Source: an uncultured Acidobacteriota bacterium (lineage in GTDB: Bacteria > Acidobacteriota > JAQAZP01). From it: a stretch of 64,000 nt of DNA. A program made the translations under genes and the position numbers. The first letter of the stretch is position 1; every line of letters begins with the position of its first letter. The DNA lies in the NCBI GenBank assembly GCA_963836075.1, contig CAWIIB010000001.1:1952001-2016000 (forward strand). Direction: 5' to 3'. Under the pieces are notes generated by a model. It ran no database searches, was not told the DNA's origin, and saw only the letters and a list, made by a program, of their open reading frames with translations. Of this stretch, positions 19,096 to 31,857 are shown in pieces.

Positions 19096-19184
19096 GCTTT
19101 CCTCCGCCGCCGGCCCGGGTCCGAACCCCGGAAGCCGGTGAGGTGGTACCGTACCCCCGAATCATCTTCCCTGGCACATTTCCC

Positions 19185-19235
19185 TTGACACGGCCACCGC
19201 AATCTGATTAATTATTAAATCGTATTATTTCCTAT
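19185..19235 (+). promoter_or_regulatory. Putative sigma70 promoter with overlapping AT-rich PerR/Fur-type operator
   Basis: TTGACA at 19185, then 16-17 nt later GATTAATTATTAAAT. The tract is strongly AT-rich against a GC-rich background and lies upstream of a perR-like gene. Confidence 0.55.
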
Positions 19236-19248
19236 TTGAGACTCACGC

Positions 19249-21984
<2,736 letters not shown>

Positions 21985-22013
21985 TCCGCGCGCAGGGAAG
22001 CTAGCGGCAACAG

Positions 22014-22043
22014 GGGCGGGAGGGATGACCCTCCCGCCCTTTT
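22014..22043 (+). terminator. Rho-independent terminator after katG
   Basis: GGGCGGGAGGG-ATGA-CCCTCCCGCCC-TTTT. Confidence 0.85.
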
Positions 22044-22137
22044 CGTTGCGGCCGCCGCTCGCTCACTGCGGCAACATTTCGAATTTCACCTTGGAGCATG
22101 CGCCAGCTCCGGGCTTGTTTTGGCGAGGAAAGGGACG

Positions 22138-23820
22138 ATGAATCAGTCACCACCGGCGAACACCCCGCCGAATCCACGGGAAAAGAATCCCGAAGCGTTC
22201 CCCGTGCTGAGCGAAGAACAGATCCGGTTGATCGCGGAGCACGGTGCCCGGCGCCGGTTCAGCGATGGCGAAGACGTCTGGGAAATCGGCAAGCCGATGG
22301 CATCGTTCTACGTGGTCACCAGTGGCGCGGTCGAAATCTTCCAGCTCAGCGGCACGGGCGAGCGCCACGAGGTGGTCGTGCACCTGGAGGGCGAGTTCAC
22401 CGGTGACATCGACCTGCTCTCCACCAGCGCCACCGTCGTCGGCGCCAGGGCTCGCGGGGAAACCGAGACGATCGAGCTGCCGGCCGACCGGCTGCGCAAG
22501 CTGGTGGTGGAGAACTCCGAACTGTCCGACATCATCCTCGCGGCCTTTCTGGCGCGGCGGCAGGAGCTGCTCGCCTCCGGACGGGGCTCGCTCACCATCA
22601 TCGGTTCCCGGTTCTCGCCGGAGACGTTCAGGATTCGGGAATTCCTCGAACGGAATTCAAGACCCTTCGAGTGGATCGACCTCGAGAACGACGAACGCGT
22701 CTCGGGACTGCTGGAGGCGTTCGGCGTGGGGGTCGATGACACGCCCATCGTGATCGATTCCGCTGGCGTGGTGACCCACAACCCGTCGGTGGAGGACATC
22801 GCCAGGTGTTACGGCCTGTCGCAGGTCGATGACAGCCAGATCTTTGACGTGATCGTGGTCGGCGGGGGACCCGCCGGCCTGGCCTCGGCGGTGTACGCCG
22901 CCTCGGAAGGCCTCGCCGTGCTGATCGTGGAAGCGATCGCACCCGGGGGCCAGGCGAGCACGAGTTCCAAGATCGAGAACTACCTCGGCTTTCCCACCGG
23001 GATTTCCGGGCGTGAACTGGCCCAGCGGGCCATTGTCCAGGCCACGAAGTTCGGGGCTGAGGTCGCTTCGCCACGGAAGGCACTCGGCCTCGACGTCAGT
23101 AGACGACCCTATGTGCTCGACATCGGGGAGGGGCAGACCGCCCGGGGGCGAACGGTGGTGATCGCCACCGGCGCCCGGTACCGGCGGCTCACCGTTGAAA
23201 ACGCCGATCGCTACGAGGGGCGGGGTATCTACTTCGGTGCCACTGCCATGGAAGCCCGCATGTGCAGCAACGAGGAAGTGTTGATCGTCGGCGGGGGAAA
23301 CTCGGCGGGCCAGGCCGCAGTATTTCTGAGCCAGAAAACCCGTCATGTCAATATCGCCATCCGCTCGGGTACGCTGGAGCACTCGATGTCGAAATACCTG
23401 ATCCACCGGATCGAGGCGACGCCGAATATAACCCTGCACCCCCACACCGAGATCACGGCGCTCGCCGGGGATGAGGCCCTGGAAAAGGTCGAGCTGACCG
23501 ACAATCAGGCTGGCGAGTCGCGGTGGGCCGATATCCGGCACGCCTTCATCTTCATCGGAGCCTCGCCGAACACCGGCTGGCTGCCGCCGGAAGTGCTGCT
23601 CGACACCAGGGGCTTCGTGCACACCGGCCGCGATCCACATCGCGAAGCCAAGGCGCCCGAACAGTGGCCCCTGACGCGCCAGCCCTACCTGCTGGAGACC
23701 AGCGTACCGGGCGTCTTTGCCGCCGGCGACGTGCGCTCAGGGTCGACGAAACGGGTGGCCTCGGCGGTCGGTGAGGGCTCGATTTCCGTCAGCTTCATCC
23801 ACCAGATACTGGCCGAATAG
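22138..23820 (+). CDS. cNMP-binding-domain thioredoxin-reductase-like FAD oxidoreductase
   Basis: N-terminal cNMP-like domain (GEFTGDIDLL), glutaredoxin-like middle, GGGPAG, IENYLGFPTGISG, GGGNSAGQAA, GVFAAGDVR. No CxxC. Confidence 0.88.
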   Translation: MNQSPPANTPPNPREKNPEAFPVLSEEQIRLIAEHGARRRFSDGEDVWEIGKPMASFYVVTSGAVEIFQLSGTGERHEVVVHLEGEFTGDIDLLSTSATVVGARARGETETIELPADRLRKLVVENSELSDIILAAFLARRQELLASGRGSLTIIGSRFSPETFRIREFLERNSRPFEWIDLENDERVSGLLEAFGVGVDDTPIVIDSAGVVTHNPSVEDIARCYGLSQVDDSQIFDVIVVGGGPAGLASAVYAASEGLAVLIVEAIAPGGQASTSSKIENYLGFPTGISGRELAQRAIVQATKFGAEVASPRKALGLDVSRRPYVLDIGEGQTARGRTVVIATGARYRRLTVENADRYEGRGIYFGATAMEARMCSNEEVLIVGGGNSAGQAAVFLSQKTRHVNIAIRSGTLEHSMSKYLIHRIEATPNITLHPHTEITALAGDEALEKVELTDNQAGESRWADIRHAFIFIGASPNTGWLPPEVLLDTRGFVHTGRDPHREAKAPEQWPLTRQPYLLETSVPGVFAAGDVRSGSTKRVASAVGEGSISVSFIHQILAE

Positions 23821-23849
23821 CACGTAGCGCATGGCCCGACACTTCTGGC

Positions 23850-24343
23850 TGAGCCACGGGTAGCGTTCCGGGAACTCGGGGGCAATCCGCTCGGAAGCCG
23901 TCAATCCGGCCATCACCAGCGAGAAACCGATCGGCTGCTCACCCCAGTCGTCCGGCGTGCGGCCGGCAGATCCCGCGCTGTAACCCGCAAGACCAATCCA
24001 TCGTAGGGGTAGCTGTCCTCGAGTCGTTCGGATACCGGCTGGTCGACCGGGCAAACTGCCTGGCCTTGACGCCGTTGATTCACGTGCAGCCCAGTGGATG
24101 CCCGTTCAGCACTTAGATGAGCAGTGGTTTCTCTGCCTTGTGCGCCTGTGCGACCGCCTGGTCCAATCGCGGCTGCCAGTCGATCTTCAATTATGAGACT
24201 TCTTCGTCAGTTGGCTCGATGGCGGTCCGGAATCCCTCCATCGTCGACGCATCGAATTGCGGCAGTTGAGAAAAGGCCGCGCTGGACAGTGTCACCAGAC
24301 AGAAATACATAGGTACAGTGAAGAAAAATCTGCTCATGATCAT
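23850..24343 (-). pseudogene. Decayed exported thioredoxin-like probable selenoprotein
   Basis: Signal peptide MIMSRFF…AFS, then in one frame EEVS*LKIDWQPRLDQAVAQAHKAEKPLLI*VLNGHPLGCT(TGA)INGVKAR; a SECIS-like hairpin follows the TGA; further fragments lie in other frames. Confidence 0.55.
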
Positions 24344-24431
24344 TCCTTTTCTTCTCTGAATTGCGCGTCCGTTCACATCCGGCATCGGCGGTGGCAAACA
24401 TTGTCCACCGATGGTCTCGCTCGGCTCGGCC

Positions 24432-24782
24432 TCATTGAACTCGCTCGGCCGTCCATACCGCCAGGAAGTCACGTCCCAGCGAATGCGTGGTTCCCGACAG
24501 CCCACCATTTTCGAGGGTCCCGGTGGTGTGGTAAACGCCGGAATCATCAGAAGTTGTAAAGGCGAAGTGGACCGCGGCCCAGTCGGTGTTTATCCGACCA
24601 TTGCTGACTGGAGAGTTGTAGAAGCTCCCCTGCAGGATACGGCCGTCGATCCCCTCCACGATCAGTTCCTGGTACTACGGCTCGGCATCGGGGGTCGGGC
24701 GGAGGTCCACCTGCCAGGTTCCAAGCAGCGCCGCTCCGGATGGGGCCGCGTCCTGGCTGTCTCCCGTTCCGCAGGCGGTGCA
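24432..24782 (-). pseudogene. Small beta-rich exported protein remnant with internal TAG
   Basis: One frame reads …LLGTWQVDLRPTPDAEP*YQELIVEGIDG…FLAVWTAERVQ, with TAG at 24675-24677 and no clear start or signal peptide. Confidence 0.55.
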
Positions 24783-25027
24783 GGTCTGTCTGGTCCGGGC
24801 TCTCACTCATCTTGGTCCAACCGTACTCCAGGCAGGGACGGTTTCCCCGCCGGTCCGCTTTCACTGGCCGCAGGTGCAACTGATGTGATGAAAAGTCAAG
24901 TGACTCCCATGAGGCGGGTCAAGGAAATACGAGGATTGGTGGCTGTTGACTCGGAACGGGAAAATAACTATCCTCTTCGGCACTCCATTATTGCAAATTC
25001 GCAAACCGAACCGTAAAGGAGACTGAG

Positions 25028-25631
25028 ATGAAGAGAACAGGTCCTGCTGACGATGCTCTGCCTTTTCTGTTGCGCCACCCTGCTGCCGGCCCAGACCGTG
25101 ACCCAGGCGGCCGCCGAAGGCGAGAACGAAAAGATGGTGGGGCAGCTGGTTGAGGTGCACGCGGTTGTGCAGGCCATCGACCTCGAGACCCGTGAAGTGA
25201 CCCTGAAGGACGAAGAGGGTGAAGAGTTTACCATCGTGGCCGACGAACAGGCACGAAACCTGGACCAGCTGGTGATCGGCGACAGGGTTCTGATTCAGTA
25301 CTACGAACAGCTGACCCTGGCGCTGGAGAAGATCGAGGGCGGCATGCCGTCCATGTCGGAGAAAGTGGCCACCGACCGGGCCAAGAAGGGCGACAAGCCC
25401 GGCGGCATCGAGATGCGGGAAGTGACCATCACCGCTGAGATCGTGGCTATCGACAAGGAAGCCTCCACCGTGACCCTCACCGGCCCCAAGGGCCGTTCGG
25501 TGACCCTGGAAGTCAAACCCGAGCGTCTGGAGCAGGTCAAGGTTGGCGACCTGGTCTCGGCCGTCTACAGCGAGGCGCTGGCCATCTCGGTGGCCAAGGC
25601 GCCGGCTGAAGCACCGGCCGACAAAAAGTAG
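25028..25631 (+). CDS. Exported protein with two OB-fold-like repeats; +1 frameshift near 25040 in the signal peptide
   Basis: AAGGAG RBS then ATG 25028; removing one G gives MKRTVLLTMLCLFCC… Internal repeats VQAIDLETREVTLK…IGDRV and IVAIDKEASTVTLT…VGDLV. Confidence 0.7.
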
Positions 25632-25637
25632 CAGCTA

Positions 25638-25676
25638 ACGGCCCGCCGGCGCCGTGCACGCTTGCCGGCGGGCCGT
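25638..25676. terminator. 13-bp GC inverted repeat between convergent genes
   Basis: ACGGCCCGCCGGC…GCCGGCGGGCCGT. Confidence 0.55.
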
Positions 25677-25696
25677 GTGATTTTCTCCCCGCCCGC

Positions 25697-27101
25697 TCAC
25701 TGGTCCAGATACCCCAGGGCCCTCAGGTTCTCCGCCACGTCCTCGTCCAGCGCCCCGGGGGTGAGTGTCCGTCGCTCTCCGCCATCTTCGCCCCACACCC
25801 CGTCCTGCAGCAGGTCCCGCAGCATGTCCCGCTGGAAGTGCGCCCTGCCGGCAAGGTTTATCGACTCACCCGGGTCGGCCGCCAGGTTGTACAGCTCCTC
25901 CCGGCCGTTCTCGTCGACGATGTACTTCCAGCGGCCCGAGCGGAGGCTGCGGGTACTGGTGGGGGTAAACGTCCGGGGTTATGGCATAGACCGGGGCCGG
26001 CTCACCAGGTTGCCCGTTGATCAGGGGCAGCAGGCTGCGGCCCCGGAACTCCACGGGCCGGGGAACGCCGAGGATCTCGAGAATGGTGGGGGCCAGGTCG
26101 ATCAGGCCCACCGGCGTGTCCACCACCCGCGGCTCGTGCTGGCCCGGGAAATGGAGCACCAGCGGCACCCGCAGCTGGCCCTGGTAGGCGAACCAGCCGT
26201 GCTCGAAGTAGAAGTCGTGCTCCCCCAGGCCCTCCCCGTGGTCGGCGGTGATTACCACCAGCATGTCATCGAGCTTTCCCGCACTCTCCAGACCGTTGAT
26301 CAGCCGCCGCAACTGGGCGTCGGTGGAGCGGATCTCCGCGTCGTACTGGGCGATGTAGAAATCGGTCTCCCGCCGTCGAGGGTGCGTCAGATACGGCTGC
26401 TGCTGGTAGCGGGGTACGGCTCCGAGGACGAAGTTCTTGTTGTATCCCTCCAGCGGTTCGTAGTCCAGCCGCACCTTCCGTGACGGGTCATAGATCGGGT
26501 CGTCGAGGTACATCTCGTCGAAGCGGTCCGGCGGTGCATATTTTCCGTGGGGATCGTTGTAGTGCACCCAGACGAAGAAATCAGCAGGCATCGGGGCCTC
26601 GAAACGCTGCAGCACCGTTTCGGTCAGTCCAAAGGCCTGCCAGGGCTGAAAGGTGAATTCGTCGAAGCCCTGGGTGATCCCCCGTTCCTCGATCAGGTTG
26701 CCGTTGCTGCTGAAGGCGATGGTGTGGAAGCCCTGGTCGCGCAGCAGCTCGGCCAGGGTCACCGCCTCCGGGGCCAGCACGTTGCGGTTGGAGAGCACCC
26801 CGGCACCCACGGGGTAACGGGAGGTCATCATCGAGGCCACCGACGGGAGCGTCTTGGGGATCTGGGCCGAAACGTCGAGAAACACCGTGCTCCGGCCGGC
26901 CAGCCGTTCCAGAAAGGGTGCGGTGGCCCGCGGGTAGCGATGGTGACCGAGGTGGTCCGCCCGCAGGGTGTCGATGGTGACCAGCAGGACACCGGACGGG
27001 GGGCGCTGGGGCAACGGCTCCGGTGAGCGGCACTGTGAGCAGAGCAGTCCCGCGGTGAGCAGAACGGCGAGCAGCGGGATGGTGCCAGGGCCTCGGTTCA
27101 T
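25697..27101 (-). pseudogene. Sulfatase-like (alkaline phosphatase superfamily) exported protein with Thr at the nucleophile site; +1 frameshift near 25952
   Basis: TIDTLRADH, KTLPSVAS, WVHYNDPH, TADHGE, EHG. Removing one C from TACCCGC restores QYRSLRSGRWKY…ELYNLAADPGE…ENLRALGYLDQ* (stop 25697). Confidence 0.85.
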
Positions 27102-27275
27102 CGTTGACGTCCTTCCGGTGGGTCCCGGGAACCCCTAGCATAATGAAATCAGCCGCCCCGTATCAAACAGCCGGAACGAATCGCCCATTTTCCCGTTTTT
27201 ATAAAGATAGCGGAGCGGGGGCGCTGTGTATCCCCCCGCCCGACATCATTCAGTATCCGCGAGGAGAAGACCAGC

Positions 27276-28379
27276 ATGATCAGGAAAAGTGCATTTATCG
27301 TGATTCTTGCCGCCACTGCCCTGTACGCGGCCGTGGCCCAGGGTGAAGACTGCCGCACGGCCCGGGAGGTGATTGAGAAGAACCTCGAGGCGGTGGGCGG
27401 GGTTGAACGGATCAGGGCCTTGGAGTCGCTGGTGCTCCGGGGGGCCAGCGGCAGCGCCCTGCTGCCCCCCAGCGAAGAGGTGACCCTCTACCTGCTGAAG
27501 CCGGACCGGCTGAAACAGGTGGGCGACTTCCGGGTGGTGCTCTGCGACGGCGGGCGCTATCTCTACAACGACGGCACCGCGGAGAGCGAGATGACCGGCG
27601 GAACCCTGGAGGGGATGCTCTACCGTCTCGGCTTCTACCACGGCGCCTTCAGCCTGCTGAAGTGGGAGCAGTATTTCGACACCGCCGAGCTGGCGGGGGT
27701 CAAGGACTACGGCCTCACCCGGCAGTACGAACTCCGCTTTCCCGGGGCGGAGAACGGGCGCGACCTGCTGGTCTACATCGATGCCGAGACCATGCTCATC
27801 GACCGGCTGGTCTACCTCAAGAGCCAGGAGGGAGCCGGGCTGCTCAAGGTGGTCAACCAGCTCCGCGACTGGGAGGAGCACGGCGGGCTGACGGTCCCCA
27901 CCAGGATCGTCTTCGACACCATCGGCTGGGAGGCCAGCCCCAGCCACTTCGTGATCAGCGAGTTCCTGGTCAACGAACCGGTGGACCCGGCGATCTTCGA
28001 GACCGCGTCCATCGACTTCGGAACGGTCACGGTGGGCGAGGGGCGGGTGCAGGGTGAGATCTACGGCGAGATGGACGGCACCCTGCTGACCAATGTGCGG
28101 ATCGAGGACCTGGCCCAGGCGGGCATCGAACAGCTGGACTGGGTCACCTTCCGCATGGGCGACTTCAGCATGAAGATGCGTTTCCTCGAAAACATCCAGG
28201 CCAGCGCCGCCTGGATCAAGCCCGAAGAGATCTATGTCACCCGCTACCTGATCTCCGGTTTCCCCCGCATCCTGCTCCTCGGCTGGAACATGGACCTGAA
28301 GGAAAAGATCCCCTGCGAAAAAGGTGACACATTTAACATCACCCTCCTGGAAAAGCACGTGGAGGAGGCCGGTCAATGA
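27276..28379 (+). CDS. Exported hypothetical protein (LolA-like N-terminal half)
   Basis: Signal peptide, AREVIEKNLEAVGG…, YIDAETMLIDR, NEPVDPAIF; overlaps the next start codon. Confidence 0.55.
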   Translation: MIRKSAFIVILAATALYAAVAQGEDCRTAREVIEKNLEAVGGVERIRALESLVLRGASGSALLPPSEEVTLYLLKPDRLKQVGDFRVVLCDGGRYLYNDGTAESEMTGGTLEGMLYRLGFYHGAFSLLKWEQYFDTAELAGVKDYGLTRQYELRFPGAENGRDLLVYIDAETMLIDRLVYLKSQEGAGLLKVVNQLRDWEEHGGLTVPTRIVFDTIGWEASPSHFVISEFLVNEPVDPAIFETASIDFGTVTVGEGRVQGEIYGEMDGTLLTNVRIEDLAQAGIEQLDWVTFRMGDFSMKMRFLENIQASAAWIKPEEIYVTRYLISGFPRILLLGWNMDLKEKIPCEKGDTFNITLLEKHVEEAGQ

Positions 28380-29602
28380 GAGACAAGGAGAAGACGATGA
28401 GCAGTCAGGATATCAACCGGCGCCGGTTTCTCATGGCCGGCGCCCTGGGGCTGGCCGGGGCCCCGCTCCTCCAGTCCTGTGGCGGGGAAAAGAGCACGCC
28501 GGTCACCGGGACGGCCGACGCAGCCGGCGCGGCCGACACCGGGCCGCGGATCCGTAAATACAACACTCTCGGCCGCACCGGTCTGCAGGTCTCCGACATC
28601 AGTCTCGGCGGGGCCACCGAGGAGCCGGTGCTGCGCTACGCCCTGGACCGCGGGATCAACCTCTACGACACCGCCGAGCAGTATCATTCGGGTGAGCATG
28701 AGCGTTATATCGGCCAGGCATTCAAGGGCAGCCTGCGGGACAAAGTGGTGGTGATCACCAAGCACGTTCACGGGCTCGAGGCACCGATCACCCGCCAGAA
28801 CGTGATCGAGCGTTTCGACGCCAGCCTCGAGCGGATGGGCTATGACTACGTGGACATCGCCATGCTGCACCATGTGGCCGACCCGGCAACATTCGAGAAC
28901 GAGGAACTGCTGGGGGCCTACGAGGCCCTCCGGCAACAGGGCAAGTTCCGCTTCCTGGGCTTCTCCACCCACGACGCGGAAAAGGTGATCCCCGGGGCCA
29001 TCGATTCCGGGCTCTTCGACGTGATGCTGATGATTTACAACTCGATCCAGTATCCCCAGCGCAGCGAACTGATCACCCGGGCCCGCCAGGCCGGTATCGG
29101 GACCATGGCGATGAAGACCATGGCCGGCCGGCAGCAGGACCGGGTGGCCGGTCTGGTGAACGAGAAAACCACCTTCTCCCAGGCGGCGATCAAGTGGGCG
29201 CTCAGCGACCCCAGCCTGGACAGCGTACTGATCTCCATCCGCACCTTCGAGCACGTGGACGAATACTGCGGCGCTTCGGGCCGGACGCTGACCTCGGCTG
29301 ACGAGGCGGTGCTGGGCAAGTACGAAACGGCGGTGAACAACCAGTTCTGCCGCATCGGCTGCACCACCTGCCAGGCCAGTTGCCCCGAACAGGTGGCGGT
29401 GGGCGACATCATGCGCTTCGGGATGTACTACGAGAACTACGGCAACGAAAAGCAGGCGATCCTGGAATATGCCGCGCTCAACGGCCGCAACCGGGCCTCG
29501 GCCTGCCTCACCTGCCGTTCCGGCGCCTGCGAGACGGCCTGCCCGCACAATCTCTCCATCAGGGAGCGGTTGGTGCGCTACGACGGGATGCTGAGAGTTT
29601 GA
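28376..29602 (+). CDS. Tat-exported aldo/keto reductase with C-terminal Fe-S dicluster
   Basis: INRRRFL Tat motif, LLQSC lipobox, LGRTGLQVS, YDTAEQY, GFSTH, CRIGCTTCQASCP and CLTC…CETACP. Confidence 0.88.
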   Translation: MRDKEKTMSSQDINRRRFLMAGALGLAGAPLLQSCGGEKSTPVTGTADAAGAADTGPRIRKYNTLGRTGLQVSDISLGGATEEPVLRYALDRGINLYDTAEQYHSGEHERYIGQAFKGSLRDKVVVITKHVHGLEAPITRQNVIERFDASLERMGYDYVDIAMLHHVADPATFENEELLGAYEALRQQGKFRFLGFSTHDAEKVIPGAIDSGLFDVMLMIYNSIQYPQRSELITRARQAGIGTMAMKTMAGRQQDRVAGLVNEKTTFSQAAIKWALSDPSLDSVLISIRTFEHVDEYCGASGRTLTSADEAVLGKYETAVNNQFCRIGCTTCQASCPEQVAVGDIMRFGMYYENYGNEKQAILEYAALNGRNRASACLTCRSGACETACPHNLSIRERLVRYDGMLRV

Positions 29603-29651
29603 CGTCGGAGCCGGGGCCGCAGTCGGGTAGAATGGGGGCAGGAGGATCACC

Positions 29652-30341
29652 ATGGCCACAGAAGCATACTTCACCCCTGCCCTCTTCACCTGGCTCCGGC
29701 AGCTGAAGAAAAACAACAACCGCGAGTGGTTCCTGCAGCACAAGGACCGTTATCACGAAGCGGTGCGCGACCCGCTGCTCCGTTTCATCGCCGACTTCGG
29801 CCCGCGGTTGGAGAAAATCAGCCCTCACTTCCTCGCCGACCCCCGTCCCTCCGGCGGCTCCATGTTCCGTATCTACCGCGACACGCGGTTCTCCAGGGAC
29901 AAGAGCCCCTACAAGACCCACGCTGCGGCCCAGTTCCGCCACGAGAGGGGCAAGAACGTGCACGCACCCGGGTTCTACCTGCACCTTGAACCCGGGGAAC
30001 CCTTTGTGGGCGGTGGGATCTGGCACCCCGACTCGAAGGCCCTGACCGGGATCAGGAAACTGATCGTCGAAGAACCGGCCGCTTGGAAGAAGTCGATCTC
30101 CGGCAAGGCATTCAGGGACGACTTCGCCCTGGGCGGCGAATCGCTCAAGCGGCCGCCCCGCGGGTTCGATCCCGACCATCCGCTGGTGGAGGAGCTCAAG
30201 CGGAAGGACTTTATCGCCTTCACCCGGTTCAGCGAAGAGGAGGTCTGCGCTCCGGACTTCCTCAACACCTTTACCCGGGCCTGCCGGACCATGAGCCCCT
30301 TTGTCCGCTTTCTCACCCGGGCGGTCAGCGTCCCGTTCTAG
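29652..30341 (+). CDS. DUF2461 / TIGR02453 family protein
   Basis: NNNREWF, FRIYRDTRFSRDKSPYK, GFYLHL, LKRPPRGF. Confidence 0.9.
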   Translation: MATEAYFTPALFTWLRQLKKNNNREWFLQHKDRYHEAVRDPLLRFIADFGPRLEKISPHFLADPRPSGGSMFRIYRDTRFSRDKSPYKTHAAAQFRHERGKNVHAPGFYLHLEPGEPFVGGGIWHPDSKALTGIRKLIVEEPAAWKKSISGKAFRDDFALGGESLKRPPRGFDPDHPLVEELKRKDFIAFTRFSEEEVCAPDFLNTFTRACRTMSPFVRFLTRAVSVPF

Positions 30342-30427
30342 CCCCTCGTTTGACTGCTGGGCTGCCGGTTGGCTATCCTCTAGGGTCTGTCGGCTGAACA
30401 GAGAACCCGGTATCCCGAGGAGATCCG

Positions 30428-31786
30428 ATGACCGAAAGCAAAACATCCTGGCGCTTCCCCTACGTCTTCTGGATCGCCAACGGTGCGGAGTTGTGCGAGC
30501 GGGCGGCCTATTACGGCACCTTTATCGCCATCACCCTTTACCTGACCCGCGTCGTGGGTCTCAACGATGTCAAGGCTGGTCTGGTCAGTGCAGGGTTTGC
30601 CGGCTTGATCTACCTCGTGCCTTTCTTCACCGGGGCCATGGCCGACCGCATCGGCTTTCGCAAGGCGTTGATCCTCGCCTTTGCCCTGCTCACTATTGGC
30701 TACGGCTCGCTGGGGGTCTTCAACACCCTCGGGCCGGTACTGATCGGCCTCTTCCTGGTGTGCATCGGCGGCGGTATCGTCAAACCGGTGATCACCGGGA
30801 CGGCGTCGAAGTGTTCCAGCTCGTTAAACCGGGCCCGGGCCTTCAGCATCTTCTACATGGTGGTCAACATCGGCTCGTTTACCGGCAAGACCATCGTCGC
30901 CCCGATGCGGATCCAGATGGGCGTGGCCACCGTGCCCTGGTTTTCCTCGGCAGCGGCCCTGGTGGCACTGATCTTCGTCGCGCTCTTCTATCACCCGCAG
31001 AAGATCGACCCCGCCCAGGTGAGCAGCGTCAAGGAAACCCTCAAGGGCATGTGGCTGGCGATCAAGAATATCCGTTTCGACTGCCTGATCCTGATCACCG
31101 CCGGGTTCTGGGCCATCCAGGGCCAGCTCTACGCCGCCATGCCCAAGTACGTGCTGCGGATGGCCGGCGAGGAATACAAACCGGAGTGGTATGCCAACGT
31201 CAACCCGCTGGTGGTGGTGCTCTTCGTGGTGCTGATCACCCACCTGGTGCGGCGCTGGAAACCGGAGGCCTCGATCCTGGTGGCCATGGCGCTGATCGGC
31301 ATCTCGCCGCTGACCATGGCCTCCTCGCACCTCTTCAGCTCCAACTTCAACATCCTCGGCATGTCGGTCCACCCGATCACCGCCCTGATGGTGGTGGGTA
31401 TCGCCATCCAGGGGCTGGCCGAGTGCTTCCTCAGCCCCAAGTATCTGGAGTATGCGTCGAAACAGGCTCCCAAGGGCATGGAGGGCACCTTCCTCGGTTT
31501 TGCCCACATCAACACCTTTTTCGCCTGGATTTTCGGGTTTATCTTTTCGGGCTTCCTGCTCAGTGCGTACTGCCCCGAGCCGGGAACCCTGTCCGAGGCG
31601 GCGCAGAAGGCCCACCAGCTTTACCTGGCCGGTGAGGGCCCGCTGCCCAGCGCTTACGCCCACGCCCACTATCTGTGGTACGCCTACGTGGGGGTGGGGG
31701 CCTTCTCCTTCCTGATGCTGCTGCTCTACATCTTCGTGACGAACAGGATCGACGCGAGGAAAGCGGCGGATCCCCAGGCCGGATAG
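30428..31786 (+). CDS. MFS transporter, POT/PTR-like
   Basis: ELCERAAYYG, ADRIGFRK, KPVITG, AFSIFYMVVNIG; about 12 TM helices. Confidence 0.88.
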   Translation: MTESKTSWRFPYVFWIANGAELCERAAYYGTFIAITLYLTRVVGLNDVKAGLVSAGFAGLIYLVPFFTGAMADRIGFRKALILAFALLTIGYGSLGVFNTLGPVLIGLFLVCIGGGIVKPVITGTASKCSSSLNRARAFSIFYMVVNIGSFTGKTIVAPMRIQMGVATVPWFSSAAALVALIFVALFYHPQKIDPAQVSSVKETLKGMWLAIKNIRFDCLILITAGFWAIQGQLYAAMPKYVLRMAGEEYKPEWYANVNPLVVVLFVVLITHLVRRWKPEASILVAMALIGISPLTMASSHLFSSNFNILGMSVHPITALMVVGIAIQGLAECFLSPKYLEYASKQAPKGMEGTFLGFAHINTFFAWIFGFIFSGFLLSAYCPEPGTLSEAAQKAHQLYLAGEGPLPSAYAHAHYLWYAYVGVGAFSFLMLLLYIFVTNRIDARKAADPQAG

Positions 31787-31806
31787 TTGATCTGACGTCT
31801 GCAATT

Positions 31807-31837
31807 GGCCGGATTTCCATGGGAAGTCCGGCCTTTT
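31807..31837 (+). terminator. Rho-independent terminator after the MFS gene
   Basis: GGCCGGATTTCC-ATG-GGAAGTCCGGCC-TTTT. Confidence 0.8.
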
Positions 31838-31857
31838 CGGTTTCAGAGGGAGGAGGC

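Noticed and set aside
24113-24677. Alternative genetic code or pyrrolysine read-through of TAA/TAG
   Set aside because: TAA, TAG and TGA all end intact genes in this window, and the region also shows deletions, so decay is simpler.
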